This document shows positions 39,375 through 53,309 of a stretch of 64,000 bases of DNA, one piece after another. Each line of letters starts with the position of its first letter. The stretch's first letter is position 1. Source of the stretch: Gekko japonicus (lineage: Eukaryota); NCBI RefSeq assembly GCF_001447785.1, contig NW_015170317.1:385884-449883 (forward strand). Direction: 5' to 3'. Under the pieces are notes generated by a model. That model saw nothing but the letters and a program-made list of their open reading frames with translations. It made no database searches and was not told the origin of the DNA. Both the position numbers and the translations under genes were made by a program.

Positions 39375-39492
39375 AGCTAGTGTGGTACAGCGGTTAGAGC
39401 TTCAGAGTAGGATCTGGGAGACCCAGGTTTGAACCCCCATCTTGCTGTGGAAATTTGGGACCATCCACCTACTTTCAGACTAACCTACCTCT
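39375..39492 (+). mobile_element. Squam3/MIR-like SINE 5' fragment
   Basis: AGTGTGGTACAGCGGTTAGAG (A box) ..GGTTTGAACCCC (B box) ..CTAACCTACCTC. Confidence 0.65.
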
Positions 39493-39753
39493 AAGGAAGT
39501 TGGGGATTTGGGCTTAAGGTCTCAGGTTCTGGTAGGAGTCTCTGTAAAACCTTAAGGGTTACCAGGATTCTGGCTTGATTAGAGCTTCTGCCCTGCTGAT
39601 CAGCGACAGCTACAAAACAAGGTGGGCAGCTGTGTTGGTCTGAAGCAACAGAACTAAGTTAGAGTCCAGTGGCACCTTTAAGTCCAACAAAGTTTTATTC
39701 AAGGTGTGAGCTTTTGTGTGCATACACACTTTGTCAGACAATGAAATGGAATT

Positions 39754-40154
39754 TGTAATGTATCAAGATGGCCACGGGCATGTGAGCCTGGCCATGCGGT
39801 CAAGCTAACCCTCAGACCATTGGCCCGAGAAGAACCATGCGGTCAAGCTAACCCTCAGACCATCGTTCCAAGAAGAATAGCCAGCTCAGGTCCTAGCATG
39901 GGCCAAGAGGTTTGTGCGTAGCCAGCTCAGATCCTAGCATGGGCCAAGAGGTTTGCGTGGATCCGGAACAAGGACTTATCAAAGCTTGAGTTTGTAAACA
40001 GAACAAATCACGGGTAGCAAGGGTGTTTTGGGTGTGAGCGAGGAACCGCATATAAGCCGGCCTCGAACCGGCTAGTTTATCTTCTGTTCTCCAATGTAAC
40101 CAATAAACTTGAGCTGTTTTCACCATGCTACACCTGGAACCTTGATACTTTTCA
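39754..40154 (+). mobile_element. Solo LTR (401 bp) inserted in a Penelope-derived repeat (~39620-40260)
   Basis: TG...CA ends; 5-bp TSD GAATT (39749-39753 / 40155-40159); two pairs of U3-like direct repeats; CATATAAG ~40049; AATAAA ~40102. Confidence 0.85.
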
Positions 40155-42869
40155 GAATTACAGGTCATAGTTGTATATATAGGGGTGGCTTGTTGAATTA
40201 GCATGCAAAATAGTGAAGATATTTATTAACAGATCAAAAGAATGACAAGCTCAGTTTCTGGTTCTGCAGAACAGTTTTGCCTCCCTGAGGAATTTGACCT
40301 TGGGAGATTGCTCCGTACAGCTCTTAGTTCATCTCCCTAATTTCCTTTACACCAGATGCCAATTAACTGATCAGTCTTAGATTGGCTAGTGAGTATTAGA
40401 AAAGGCAGCTTTTGGCTATGCTTGTCTCAACTCCACAGATTCTCCATGACTGGCTATTTCCTTGATGAATGGTTATTTTCTTCTAGCCTGATGCTTTGCT
40501 AGGCTTACCAAGCATGAAGAGATCCTCTATTTTGCAGGATGGGTGAGATAATAGTTGGAGAATGTTACTTGAAGATATCTGGAGGCAGTAAGGCTTAAAA
40601 GTTCTTAGGTAGATAGATTTTAGTTAGAAAGGTTTAATTGTTTTATTTTTCTGTGTTTCTGACTGAGTGATTTATGCCTTGTGCAACACTTCTTGGGTTA
40701 ATAAGTTTGCTTTGTACTTTGAAGCTGTGTCTGGAAATCACTGGCTGAATGTGGGTGGACCCCAGAAGGGAACCCTGAGGGTGTTGAAGTCAAGGCTTTT
40801 GGAGCAGAACTTCCACCCTCATAAAATAAAATTTAAAAAGGCACTGGTTGTTTACTGTCCGGGACAGCAGGTCGGGGCAGCTTCATCCTTACACTACCCC
40901 ACTGGATTGTTCTGTGGATAAAAGGGAGAGGGAAATAACATAAACTGCTTTGGTCCCCACTGTGGAGAAAGGTGGGGTATAAATGAAGTAAATAAATGAC
41001 TAAATACAGCTCATGATGGGAGTTAGATAAAAGGTAGGTTGGTGAATGGCTGAGAAGGAGAGAATGAGGCAGGTAAAGGGGAGAGGATATGGGGGAGATA
41101 AATGGGAAATAGTGGGGGGAGGGGGAAACAGGGGAAAGTGAGACACCCTCCACAAGTCCTTGTGGGTTCCCTACCAAGCAAGTGGGCCTGGCTCAGTGGC
41201 TGACACCACACAATTGGGCCATAGTTTTTCTAAGTAGAGGCTGCAAATGGGTAGGGGAGAGGTATAGCTTAAGACAGTGGGGCAGATAAATGTAGGTTGG
41301 CTGTTGGGTGGGAAGGAGACAGGATTGCCAACTCCAAGTTAGGAAATGCCTGAAGATTTAGGGGTGGAGCCTGGGGAGGGGAGGGTTTGAGGAGAGGAGG
41401 GACCTCAGAATGCAGTAGACTACATTCTCCAAAGCTTTCTCCAGAGGAACTAGGGTTGCTGATCTCCAAGTGAGGGCTAGAGATCACCTGGAATTCCAAC
41501 TAGAAACTTTAATTGGCTCAGTGGCACCAAAGACGTACTGTCTCACTACAATCATCACTGTAACTTCAGTTATAAAATGGAACTGGGTTTTAAAGATATT
41601 TTTCCAATGGCAAGAGTTTTATTACAGAGAGATACCATTGTGCATCCATAACCAATGATAGCCAATGGCAATTTTCAATTGAATACCAGAAGGTCAGTTT
41701 GAGTCTTTTCTGTGACCAGCTCTGAACGTTTTTTCCAGGCCCCTTCACACACCTTTTCAACTGGCCTCTGGCTAGAAGTCATTAACAAATAAGGAACTTC
41801 CTTGTTTTTCCTGGGTGAGATTGATTAGAACTTGGGTCAGGGTCTTTGAGCCATGGCCCTATAGAATCATCTACTGTCTGAGACCTGACCTTGGAAGCTA
41901 ATGTACAGGCAATTTTTATTTATTGTTTGTTTCTTAAACTTGCTTTTAAAGTGTAGCTGATGTAGTTCTCTTTGCATTAATTTAAGAACACTAGGGGATG
42001 AAGGCATGTGATGCTTGCTGCATAGTTGGAAAGGGGGCTGTCCAGCATATGGTAAGTACCAGCAAGGGAAGAGAAGAGAGTTTGGAGGTCCACAAAAATA
42101 ATGAAAAGGGATGGGGGTGGGGAGTACTAAATGTTGAATAATACACTTCTACTGAACTGCTTGGTGCTGTAGGTAGCTGCATTAGTGCAAAGCAAATCCC
42201 TAAATATAAGCCATGTATGGTGATCTCACTCTCTTCCCTCCCTCACGTGCAGGATTTTCCCTCCATTTTTCTTCTTTTCCTTTCTAGCTGAGCAGCCCCT
42301 TTATCTGTTTTCTTCTTATTTGAAGGTTTAAGGCTGTCCCACCCTGTCATGTTGTTATATTTTGATGCTGAGAAAAGACAAGACCACCTCCTTTACTTAT
42401 ACTTCACAAACTCCAGTTAATATGTTTCCAGCAAGCCAGAGTTGTAAGCTTTTCACAAAGTCTTAGAATCTTTGAGATGAGAGGCTGTATTTTCAGTGTC
42501 TGCTAAATACTCCAGTATACATTCTTGAGTTAAACTGACTCTTCAGGTTTCAGAAAGCAGGGATACACTACAAAGTACCCAAAATCCTTCACTAAACAAT
42601 CCAGAATTGCTCTTCTCTTTGAGCTATCTCTCTTTTCAACTGGGCAGGAAATTACTTCTCTAAACTAGAAGCTCTATCCTTTTTTCTGGCCTGAATGGGA
42701 GTCCCTCTTCTCCTTGCCAACCTTCCCAGTCTTCAATTAATATTCTCTTCAGCAGTCAGTTCCCAACTCTTTATTTTTGACTGAGGCTATCCAATGAAAT
42801 CCGTTTGAGCAGCCTGTCACTCAAAGGCTTTCTGGCTCTGTGAGACATTAACCTTTGGAGTCTGTCACA

Positions 42870-43260
42870 CCTGGTATCCGATCAGTATCTAATAGAATTA
42901 CAAGCATGTTCCACCTAGCACCTGATAGCAACCAGGCTGTGGTGTTCTGTGCCAACTAGAGTTTCAGAGTTGACTTTAAGGGCAGATCCATGTAGAGTGC
43001 ATGACAATAGTCTAGGCTCAAGGTAACCAAAATGTGGATCAGTGGCTAGATCAGCCAAGTCAGGGTACGGGGCCATCCTTTAGGTTTAACGAAGATGGAA
43101 GAATACATTTTTTGCAGCTGCATTAACTTGCTTCTCTAGCAATAATGCTGGGTCCAGTATAACCTCTAGGCTCTTAGCTGAGTCAGTGAGTATTAGCTGG
43201 ACTCCATCAAAAGAAGGAAGCACAATGTCCTTCAAGACCTCAGCCCTCCAGTCATCACTG
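42870..43260 (-). mobile_element. L2 LINE RT-region fragment
   Basis: Minus strand reads ..LGVILDPALLLEKQVNAAAKNVFFHL..SLDYCHALYMDLPLK..; related to 61950-62590. Confidence 0.75.
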
Positions 43261-43559
43261 TGTCCATCTTGTCAGGATTGTTGTTGCTGTTATTATTGTT
43301 ACTGTTGTTGCTGTTGTTAATTCTTCTAAAATCAGCAGAGGCTGCAACAGATCAAGACACAAAATCATTACAGCCTTCTTGGGTTCCAGTATGCTGGCTA
43401 CCGATCCCATTTGCCAAGCTGATTATCTTTTCCCTTTTCTTCCCTCTGTTAAAAAGCCACATGAGCTGAAAGAGAGCAACTAAACTTATATTGTCAAAAG
43501 AAAGTTTCAAAAAACCTCACCACTTGAAAAGTAACATCAGAATTGAAATCTGAAAGATT

Positions 43560-44300
43560 CAACAGGCACACAGATATCAGAAAGAGATGAAAAGGTGATA
43601 GAAAAAGAGCAGATTTCTGAAAAGGAGCAGCTACAACAACTTCAAATAGAGAAATCATTATATGTCTTGAGGTTCCAGGGTATCCCAGAAAAAAAGGGAG
43701 AACTTAAAAGAGATATTAAGTGAAGCATTGCCACCAGTGACAGATTTGAAAATGGAACTGATACAAAACAATATGGATATGGTTTATCGAACCTATCCAG
43801 ATTTCATTAATAAAAATAAACTGCCTGGTGAAGTATTTGTTAAGTTCTCCAAGAGATCAATGTGAGACACAATTTTAAAAGCTACTAATGAGATAACCCT
43901 GAAAATACAAGATGAAGAAATCCGAATACTAAAAGACATTCCATTTGAAATACGAAAGTGGAGGAAACAGTATAAAAACCGAACTGCTTTTCTACAGACG
44001 GATATTTCCAGAAGGACTAATCTTCAACTACAAGGATAAGAAAGAGAAGACTGACTCTGTACAAAAAGCAAAGGCCTTTGTGAAGAAACACCAAACAACA
44101 GCCAAAGAAAAAGGGATAACAGATGATACTAAAGAAACTGAAGAAAGTGGACATGAATCGGGAGACCGTGGAAGTACAATTGACAAATCCTCAGAGGACT
44201 CTGATGATGATAAAGGAGTAGATGCTCCGAAATGCCTCAAAGTTAGACTGACCTATGACAAGAGCAAACACAAGAAAAAGAAGAAATATGCAAAATAATA
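43560..44300 (+). mobile_element. L1-clade LINE ORF1 fragment, decayed
   Basis: Translation LRFQGIPE..DMVYR..KNKLPGEVFVKF..IRILKDIPFEIRKWRK resembles the L1 ORF1p RRM/CTD region. Confidence 0.75.
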
Positions 44301-44689
44301 TGTAGTTTAATTCTGAAAGGCTTTTATCCATTTGTTATATGAGAAACTGGCTTACATCTATTTTGGCTAAATATGCTTGCTTTAGTTTGATTCTATATTA
44401 ATCTTAAACAGTTATTTTTATTTTATTTATAAGTTCAATTTATACCCCGCCCTCCCCGCTACGCGAGCTCAGGGCGGCTTACAAGAGGCACAAGCCAATA
44501 TAAAACATACTCCTCTTATATTTTTTTGATTTACTTTAAGGTTGGGAAATACAATAAGCTATTTATATAATTATGAAATATGTTCCTTGCTTTAGCTTTG
44601 TATTTTAGTCTTAGCCCCTTCTTCCCTTTCCTTGTAATTTGTGTAGTGGAAAAGCAATAAAAACTTTAAAAAAAAGAAATACATAAAAA

Positions 44690-45720
44690 ATGGGCAGGAG
44701 GAATTTATTCCTAGCTTTTGCTTTCAGAGGGCAATCAAAGACAATGTGAACTATAATCTCGATCCTACTTGTGGAACACTGGCAGATTTTATCTGAATAA
44801 GATGTTTGTGAATATTTCCCATATAACACTGCAGGAGGTAAGGAGTTCATGTATGCCAACATAGGCCTGCCACAACTTTGGAGCCTTCAATTTATAAAAA
44901 ATATGGTGGTATTTTCTGACGGAAGGACAGTCCAAGTGCAATGGGAGAACAGACTCACTGAGGAAGTAAATATGTAGTACTGTTGTCCAACACTGTAATA
45001 AATGTATTAATTTATACACCTCATTGGTAGGTAGAATCATAATTGTGTCTTTTGGCATGTTTAAACTAGACAACTTTACTTTTTCCCCACAATTACACAA
45101 ATGAGTCAATATGAATAAGAGGTAATAAACTGTGTCCCCATTCAGATTTGAGAATCTTAATGTGATAGTTTAAGGCTGATCCATGCCATTGCCTCCAAAG
45201 GAATTTGACCTAAATCTACCCATAAGACAAATCCAGAGACACATTTAGGAGCACCTAAAACCATATGTGAGAAGCATAATAGCAGCTTATCATATAGCCT
45301 CAATCCTTTCAATCCAAATAGGCACACCATATAGCAACTGTGCTTCAATTTTTGCCACATATGCCACAATGGCTGCTGGAATATATTGTCCTCCACCTGT
45401 AAAAATGAAATGTGATATGGCCACAGCTGACTGCATTGTCAGTTTGGTGGAATGTAAGAAATGGGGATGCCATGCAGTGTTCCCTCTAAGCTGAGTTAGT
45501 GTGAGTTAGCTCACAGTTTTTTAGCCTCCGGCTCACAGAGGGAGGTGATGGCTCCAGAGCAAACTGATTTATACAGTAGTCAAATTGCTTGGTCACAATT
45601 TTAATGCCAGCAGCTCACAAAGTAGAATTTTTGCTCACAAGTCTCCACAGCTTAGAGGGAACATTGATGCCATGAAATACAAAAATGAAATAGGATTCCC
45701 AAATAACAATATTGGGAGAC
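44690..45720 (-). mobile_element. Decayed LINE 3' region with CCHC zinc knuckle (RTE-X-like)
   Basis: LPPAVLYGKY..ICQC..IEIIVHIVFDCP and LGAPKCVSGFVL..DLG motifs; interrupted by the hAT MITE at 45475. Confidence 0.55.
45475..45666. mobile_element. hAT MITE (sister of 30145, opposite orientation)
   Basis: TIRs CAGTGTTCCCTCTAAGCTG / CAGCTTAGAGGGAACATTG; 8-bp TSD ATGCCATG. Confidence 0.9.
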
Positions 45721-47134
45721 CTGTTTTATTGGTCTTCCATCTATTTTCCAATTATGTAAGTGCTGGACAGGTTGAAATATCAAAACTTCAGTTTTATTAT
45801 AGTTTATAGAAAGTTTGTCCTCCTGGCAGTAGTTTGAAAAAAAATCTTCAACATTTTTCTGAGGTTATCAGTGCCATTTTTTTCATAAATACTACTAACT
45901 TTACATAATAATAATCACTATACAGTGTCATATTTATAATTCTTGACCTAAAGTAACATATTTTAGCCAAAAATGTAGTCATTTTCAAAGAAAACCACTC
46001 TTTAATTGAATTGATTTGCTAGTGGTCACTGATGTAGTTCTAAGAGATTAAAGTCATACTTCATTTGAATCTAGGTTATTTGTGAAGAGAGACAATCTAT
46101 GCATTTTAAACCATTAGTGCTAAAGAGGTTTTATTTCCTTTTAAAATATTTCTTATTCCACAGTCATGATTTGTTCAGTACATTAAAAAAATCACATTTT
46201 TTGAGAAATATATTTGCAGTGCAAATAGGAGCCAATAGTGCCTGTACAATGCAGCTCAGGAATGTGAAGGGAAGACCTTTAACCTATATTTTAAGAGCTA
46301 GTGAAAGAATTCCCCCCTTCCTAGCTTTGCAAATAAATGTATACAGCTTCAGGCAGAAACATATCTGAAAGGCTAAATCTCAGCAAATCATGAATGGAAC
46401 AGAAATTGAACACACACAGACATATTTTAAAAGATGTTGCATTTGTACTGCCAGGACAAATTTTATTTCAAAGCTCCCAAGCTGTTTGAGATATTTCAGT
46501 CTCTTAGAAGTACCAGATGCATTCAATAAACAGATTCTTTACCAAGGGCTAAAATATGATAGTTTACCTGAGTGAACATGGTCTTCTTTCTGTCTACATG
46601 TTATAATCCATTTTCTATGTAACTAATAATATACTTTGGCTGCTACCATACTTGTATGCTATTTGGTATGTATTATAAAATATATAAAAGCTTTGTAATA
46701 AAAAGGAGGCATTTTGAGTGTGATCTGAAGTGCCACAAATACTAAGATTGCCATTGTGTTTTATAAAATGAAAACTGTAAGCAATTCAAGCATTCACCGG
46801 CTTCAAAAAGAGAATGGTGAAGACTTTGTTGGGGAGTCCTTGTGGATAAAGAATTCCATGCCAAGCCAGAGGGGACGGTAGAGATTCCACACTCAAAGGG
46901 AACTGCTGGATCACAATGCCAGTCTGCTTTCTTTGGCGTTTTTCAGATAAATAAAAGCACATTCAACTACAATTCCCACAACCCATGATACTTAGGCTGC
47001 GTTCAGACAAGACATTAGATCCAGCTTTGTTGTTGTTGCCCTGTGGATTAAAGATGCAGATTAAGACAGCAATATCTTTCTCCCATCTCCCAGTCATTGG
47101 CACCCCATACTCACTGGTTTTCAAGCCGGAGTTC

Positions 47135-47856
47135 TTTTTTTTTAAATTAATTTTTATTTGTTTTATCCATCACTTTTACATTCCATATTATTTAGCATCT
47201 TACAATTTTTCCTCCCCTTCCCTTCCCTCCCTCCTCCCTTCCCTATCTTCGTGTAGTCCTTAGTCTTTTCTCTCCAGCCACGGGCACAAAGTCAAGATCT
47301 TCCACCCATTGTCTTCCCTTCCCTCCTTGGATATCCACTCCAGATAGGTCCTCCACCTTTTCCAAATTTCTGCGGATAGCTATGCCAGATTTCCACTGTC
47401 CACTTACTTTTATCCTTCCAGCCCCAAGCTATAGCTGCTTTCCCCACCAATAGCATGGTCTTAACTAGGGCTTGGTCTTCCTTATCCACATTTGAGTTTC
47501 CCATTGTGCTTGTCAGCATTAAGTTGAAATCTATATTTAAATTTATTTTAGCTACCTTCCTTATGGCTTTAGTAATTTCTAACCAGAATATCCTAACTTC
47601 ACTACACTCCCACCACATGTGTGCATACCAACCTTTAGATTGCCTACAGTGCCAGCAAAGTGAACTTGATCCTGGGAACATGTTAGCCAGTTGAGCCAGT
47701 GTCTTATACCATTTTGTGAAAAAATTATATTCCAATTCTTTGAATCTAAATAACTTAATTTTGTCTATTCCTTTCATAATTTTACCTGCCATCCTCTCTG
47801 ATATCCTTCCTTCTCTACTCCACACTTTTTGTAAATATTCTATCATTTTATCTTTA
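47135..47856 (-). mobile_element. L1 LINE 3' end, 5'-truncated
   Basis: ORF2 C-terminal KWY.T..L..M....S.LCWHC....G.YAHMWWEC motif; poly(A) tail; 17-bp TSD TTTTCAAGCCGGAGTTC (47118-47134 / 47857-47873). Confidence 0.9.
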
Positions 47857-48042
47857 TTTTCAAGCCGGAGTTCGTAGGCATCGGGAAAAGTCTGGTCTTT
47901 CAGGATCTTCATGGTCTCACCCTGCATTTCTGGATATATGATCACTCCATTGTGAAATAAAGCTGTGTGTACAGTTCCATCTGGCCACCATTTTTAAACT
48001 ACAGATAGTGATGTGAGCATAAGTGCACATCCATCCTGAGCT

Positions 48043-50790
48043 ATGTCTATGTACCAATGCTCAAAGCTTGGGGAATAAAAACGAAAAGCTTGAGCGTCTA
48101 ATATGATTTAGTAGCTTTAGGGATATGATTTAGTAGGCATTACAGAGACTTGGTGGGATGATTCACATGACTGGAATGTAGTAGTGGATGGATATGAGTT
48201 GTTCAAGAAAAACCAAAATAGTCAAAGAGGAGGTGGAGTGGCATTGTGTGTGAAGAGAGGGTTTGTCAGAAAATACTGCAAGAAGAGGGCAACAGCTCAG
48301 TGGAAATTATCTGAGTTAGGATAAGGGAAGGAAGGACAAACAGTATTGTGGTTGGAGTCTGATACAGACCTCCTGACCAGGATGAAGAGGTGAATGCTGC
48401 CCACATTGAACAGCTTGACAGGGTATCTAAACGACATGACCTGCTAGTTATGGGTGACCTCAACTTCCCTGATGTATGCTGGGAGATAAACTCTGCAAAG
48501 CGTCCACAGTCATGCAACTTCCTGACCTGTCTGGATGACAACTTTCTTCATCAAATGGTGGAGGAAGCTACAAGGTGCTCAGCAATACTTGACTTAATAT
48601 TGACTTACAGGCAAGAGATGGTAGATGGGGTGAAGGTGTTGTGGACCTTAGGGGGAAGTTACCATGCCCTGCTACAATTCCTTTTGCTGTGGGGGATCAA
48701 GGAAGTTCATAAACACATGCGTAAGTTAGATTTCAGTAAGGCAGACTTTAATAAACTCATAGGCATGATGAGAATCATTCCATGGGCAAGACTGCTGGAA
48801 GGGAAAGGAGCAAGTGAAGGGTGGGCTCTCCTAAAACAAGAGCTCTTGTAAATTCAAGCTGTCACTATTCCAACAAGAAGGAAATATATTAGGAGATCCA
48901 AGAAGCCAATGTGGATGAACAGAGAACTGTGTGATGTGCTAAGGGAGAAAAAGGAAATGTTCAAGAAATGGAGGCAAGGATCATACCTCTAAAAAGAGTA
49001 TATGTGAATTGCTAGGCACTGTAGGTTAGCCATCAGAGATGCCAGAGTTCACAGTGAGCTATAGCTGGCTCACTGTTGGGTGAAAATGGAGAAACTCTGA
49101 CAGAGGACAGAGAGAAAGCAGAAAGGCTCAGTGCCTATTTTGCCTCAGTTCCCCTCCCCCAGAAGAAGAGAACAGGCTCTTCTACAGATGATAGTAGGCA
49201 AGTCACAGCATCTAAGCAGCTGGTTGACATGGACAGAGAGGTAGCTGAAAAGCACCTGGCTGTACTGAATGAGTACAAATCCCCAAGGCCGGATGGTATG
49301 CACTCAAGAGTGTTCAAAGAACCTTCTAGAGAGCTTGTAGAGTATTTGTGTCCATCATCTTCCAGACCTTTTGAAGAACAGGAGACATGCCACAAGACTA
49401 GAGGAAGGCAGATGTTATTCCGATTTTCAAAAAAGGGAGGTGGGATGACCCAGGAAACTGCAGGCCAATCAGTCTGACCTCTGTCCCAGGGAAGATAGTA
49501 GAGCAGATTTTAAAGGGATCGATCTGCGAGCATCTAAAAGATAATTTGGTGATCTGGGGAAGTCAGCATGGCTCTGTCCCCAACAGGTCCTGCTAGACCA
49601 ACCTTATTTCCTTCTTTGATCAAGTGATTAGCTTACTGGATCGAGGGAATGCTGTTGATGTTGTTTACCTGGATTTCAGTAAAGCTTTTGACAGGGTTCC
49701 CCATGATGTTATAATGGGTAAACTAAAGGATTGTGGACTGTAAGACTGTAAGTTCATTGGATAGGGAACTGGTTGGAGAACCGTACTCAAAGACTTGTTG
49801 TCAATGGCATTTCAATGGCATTTCATCTGTATGGAGGGAGGTGTCCACAGGGCTCGGTTCTGAGCTCAGTACTTTTCAATATTTTTATAAATTATCTGGA
49901 TGAGAGTGTGGAGGGGCTACTCATTAAATTTGCAGATGACACTAAATTGGGAAAAGCAGTGAACACACCAGAAGATAGAGATAGAATTCAGTGAGATCTG
50001 AACATGATGGAAAAGTGGGCAGATGTGAACAAGATGCAATTTAACAAAGATAAGTGCTGAGTTCTACATCTGGGTAACAAAAATGAGGAACACACATATT
50101 GGATGGGGGGTACACTTCTGAGTAGCAGCGTGTGTGAGCAAGAACTTCAGGTATGGGTGGACCAAAAATTAAATATGAACAGCTAGTGTGATATGGTGAC
50201 AAAAAATGCTAATGCAATCTTGGCGTAACATCAAATTCACAAGCTGTCATAGTCTCACCGTACACTGCATTTGTCAGGCCGCACCTGGAGTATTGTGTGC
50301 AATTCTGGAGGCCTCACTTTAAAAAGGATGTGGACAGAACAGAGTAGGTACAGAGAAAAGTGACGAGGATGATTGGGGGCCTGGAGACCAAGCCCTGTGA
50401 GGAAAGGCTGAGGGACTTGGTAATGTTCTGTCTGGAGAAGAGGAGGCTGAAGGGGGACATGATTACTCTCTTTAAGTATTTGAAGGGCTGTGACTTAGGG
50501 GAGGGCAGGGAGCTGTTCCTGTTGGCAGCAGAGGATAGGACTCAAAATAATGGGCTTAAATTAAGGGTGGGAAGGTACCAGCTGGATATTAGGAAAAACA
50601 TTTTTTAGAATAAGAGTTGTGCAACAATGGAATCATCTGCCTAGGGAGGTGGTGAGCTCCCCCTCACTGACAGTCTTTAGGCAGTGGCTGGACAAACATT
50701 TGTCAGGGATGCTTCAGGCTGATCTTGCATCGAGCAGGGGGTTGGACTAGATGGCTCCTTCCAACTCTGTGATTCTATAATTCTATTCTG
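48043..50790 (+). mobile_element. CR1 LINE spanning nearly all of ORF2 (APE endonuclease + RT), pseudogenised
   Basis: CL.TNAQSLGNK start; GITETWWD; MGDLNFPDVCW; YLDFSKAFD.VPH; PQGSVL..LFNIFIN; KFADDTKL; (ATTCT)n-type tail; many stops and frameshifts. Confidence 0.96.
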
Positions 50791-52289
50791 TCATTATTGG
50801 GAGCCCCCAGGGGGAGTTGTGTTTGGGCGATGACTCCCCCCAAAGAATCCTTCTTTCCTGTTTTTGGGGTGGAACAGGGTTGCAAATATTCCCTGTTAAA
50901 GGTCCCCATATTGGGGGTCTTAACTTCCTGGTTTGCTTCTGTGCATGCACAATTTTCTGATTTTTTTTAATGCCATGGGCTGCCCACTCCATGGGTGCCA
51001 CACAGCAGGCATCTGGATGGTCACCAACCAGGGTGAGCACATGATGAAGAGGGCAGAGTGTCAGCTGTCTGATCAAAAATCCCCAGGACCTGGATCGAAA
51101 AAGAGGTGCACAGCCTCACAGTGTCTTTCATAAAATTTGAGTTGCATTTGGAGAAGCAGAACAGGACAAACAAAAATGTCTAGTCCAGTTCCCAACAGGT
51201 TGCCAGGACTGTCCATAAGTGTAATATCAGTACTGCATAGTAGCGGTCCTGCACTGCCAAACACACTTTACCAGTCATGGCCAGCATAGCATTCCACATT
51301 GCATTTTGTTGCTGGGAGAAGTGCTGGCCGCACCCAGCAGATGTATGAGGGGGCTATCAATTTATTTCCCAAGGGCTCAGATCTTTATACCACATCTATC
51401 TGTGCTGATTCCTACACTGCCATCCCAATTAGGGTTGACAACTTCCAGGTGGAGGCTGGCAATCGCCCATAATTACAAATGATCTCCAGAGATCAGTTCC
51501 CCTAGAAAAAATTGCTGCTTTGGAGGTGTGCAGTCTATAGTATCACATCCTGCCTGAACTCCCTCCCCTCCTTAAACACTGCCCTTCATAGGCTCCACAC
51601 CTATATCTCCAGGAATTTCCCAACCCAGAGCTGGCAAGCCCAAATTCAAACCTTGCCCCTGACTTTTCTCATTCTCTCTCATTGGCCATAGCCAAGACAG
51701 TAGGCATGAACACTGGCATTTCCTGTGAAGGCATGACTCGTCCTTTTTTGGAGTGGTGTGAGCCATAACACAGCAGAAATATTTGGGGTTCCCCATCAAT
51801 TTTAGTATGGACCCCACGCCTGATGATGTGCTAGACAAGGAGAACTTTTGGTATCCAGTGGAAGCCCTATTCCCATCCACATATCACTTAACAGTGTAAG
51901 AGAACTTCAAAACAATAATTTGTTTCAGCTTGTAAACTGCTGTCAATTAATGAGTTTTTAATCCATTTCCTGATTATTATAAAACTCATTTTTGCCTATA
52001 TTTCATTACTTGCTGAAAATTTTTGCCCCTAACAGTGTCATCACCGGACATTAAGAGGGCTTTCAGAAATGCTGCTAAATCTGTAAATACTGGATCCTCC
52101 CTTCATTGTCTTCTTGTCTTTCACTCCCCCCACCCCGGTATATTCTACTTGGTGTGGACTGTACTGGGAAAAATGCTATTTTGGAATAGAAAACAGCCTA
52201 GGTCTATTTATTTTTTGTCCCCCCCCAAAAAAAGAAGCACTTTTGTGAGTTACTGTCTGCTTTACTACATGTGAAAAGACAAATATTTA

Positions 52290-52674
52290 CCAAACCAAAC
52301 CACTCAAAAACTGGGTAAATGCTCAGTGAAGGTGCCTTCCCCAAACATTGGTTCCTGAGTTCCAAACCTGCCCATGTTTGTGCCAAACGTTGGCTCATAA
52401 GCCAGTTTGTGCCCATCCCTAGTTGAGATACATCTTCTTTTGTGGAGCTGACTTGCCAATGTTAGGGTGAGTGGGTGTATCTGAAATGGAAACCAAACCA
52501 CTCAAAAACTGGGTAAATGCTCAGTGAAGGTGCCTTCCCCAAACATTGGTTCCTGAGTTCCAAACCTGCCCATGTTTGTGCCAAACGTTGGCTCATAAGC
52601 CAGTTTGTGCCCATCCCTAGTTGAGATACATCTTCTTTTGTGCAGCTGACTTGCCAATGTTAGGGTGAGTGGGT
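52290..52674 (+). repeat. Two tandem ~186-bp copies (52290-52477, 52490-52674) with a third, inverted copy at 54976-55163
   Basis: Direct comparison; copy 1 differs from copies 2 and 3 at one internal base (GTGGAGCTG vs GTGCAGCTG). Confidence 0.95.
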
Positions 52675-53309
52675 ATACGTTAGAAATCTTAATTCCATCT
52701 GCATTATATTGAGCTTCTAAATGTTGGGAGTGAGAATTTCTTAATCACAATGTTCTATAATGTTAGGTGCTAGATTGTAGGTGTTCACACTGGCATTACT
52801 AAATGCACTTGGTAGTAAATCTAACTGAAAGCAATGGGATTTTCTTCTGAATAAATGTGTTTAGTATTCTGCCCTAAGGTTTCAATCCTGTACATACGTA
52901 ATTAAGCACAAATCCCACTGAAATCAATGGGACTTCCTTTGAAGTACAGGGCTACACCTAAATCTGCTGACTGCGAGGACAGACCATTTTTCCTTCTAAC
53001 CAATGTTAAATTAAGAGATAACATTTCATTTTTAGTACACAACTGCCAAGGGGGACTTCAGAAAAACACCAAAAAGCTTTCCTATATATTTGCTGACTTT
53101 ACTTCCACATTAAAGAAGGAGCAGATATAATACCATCTTCTCTTAAAGTAGTAAAAGCAGGAGTGCTAATATATAGAAGCCTGCTGAGTGCTATTCCAGT
53201 ATGCTTCACTCTGCTCTCCAAGAAAAAAAAAAAGCAGGAAGAAGACAGATAAAAAAGACCACTATTTCATGACATGAGCAAGATTGGGTAAGGTGATCTT
53301 CCTCACAAT

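Noticed and set aside
40287-40821. Possible old solo LTRs (also ~42345-42869 and ~10890-11270)
   Set aside because: LTR-like composition, but no matching TSD could be read
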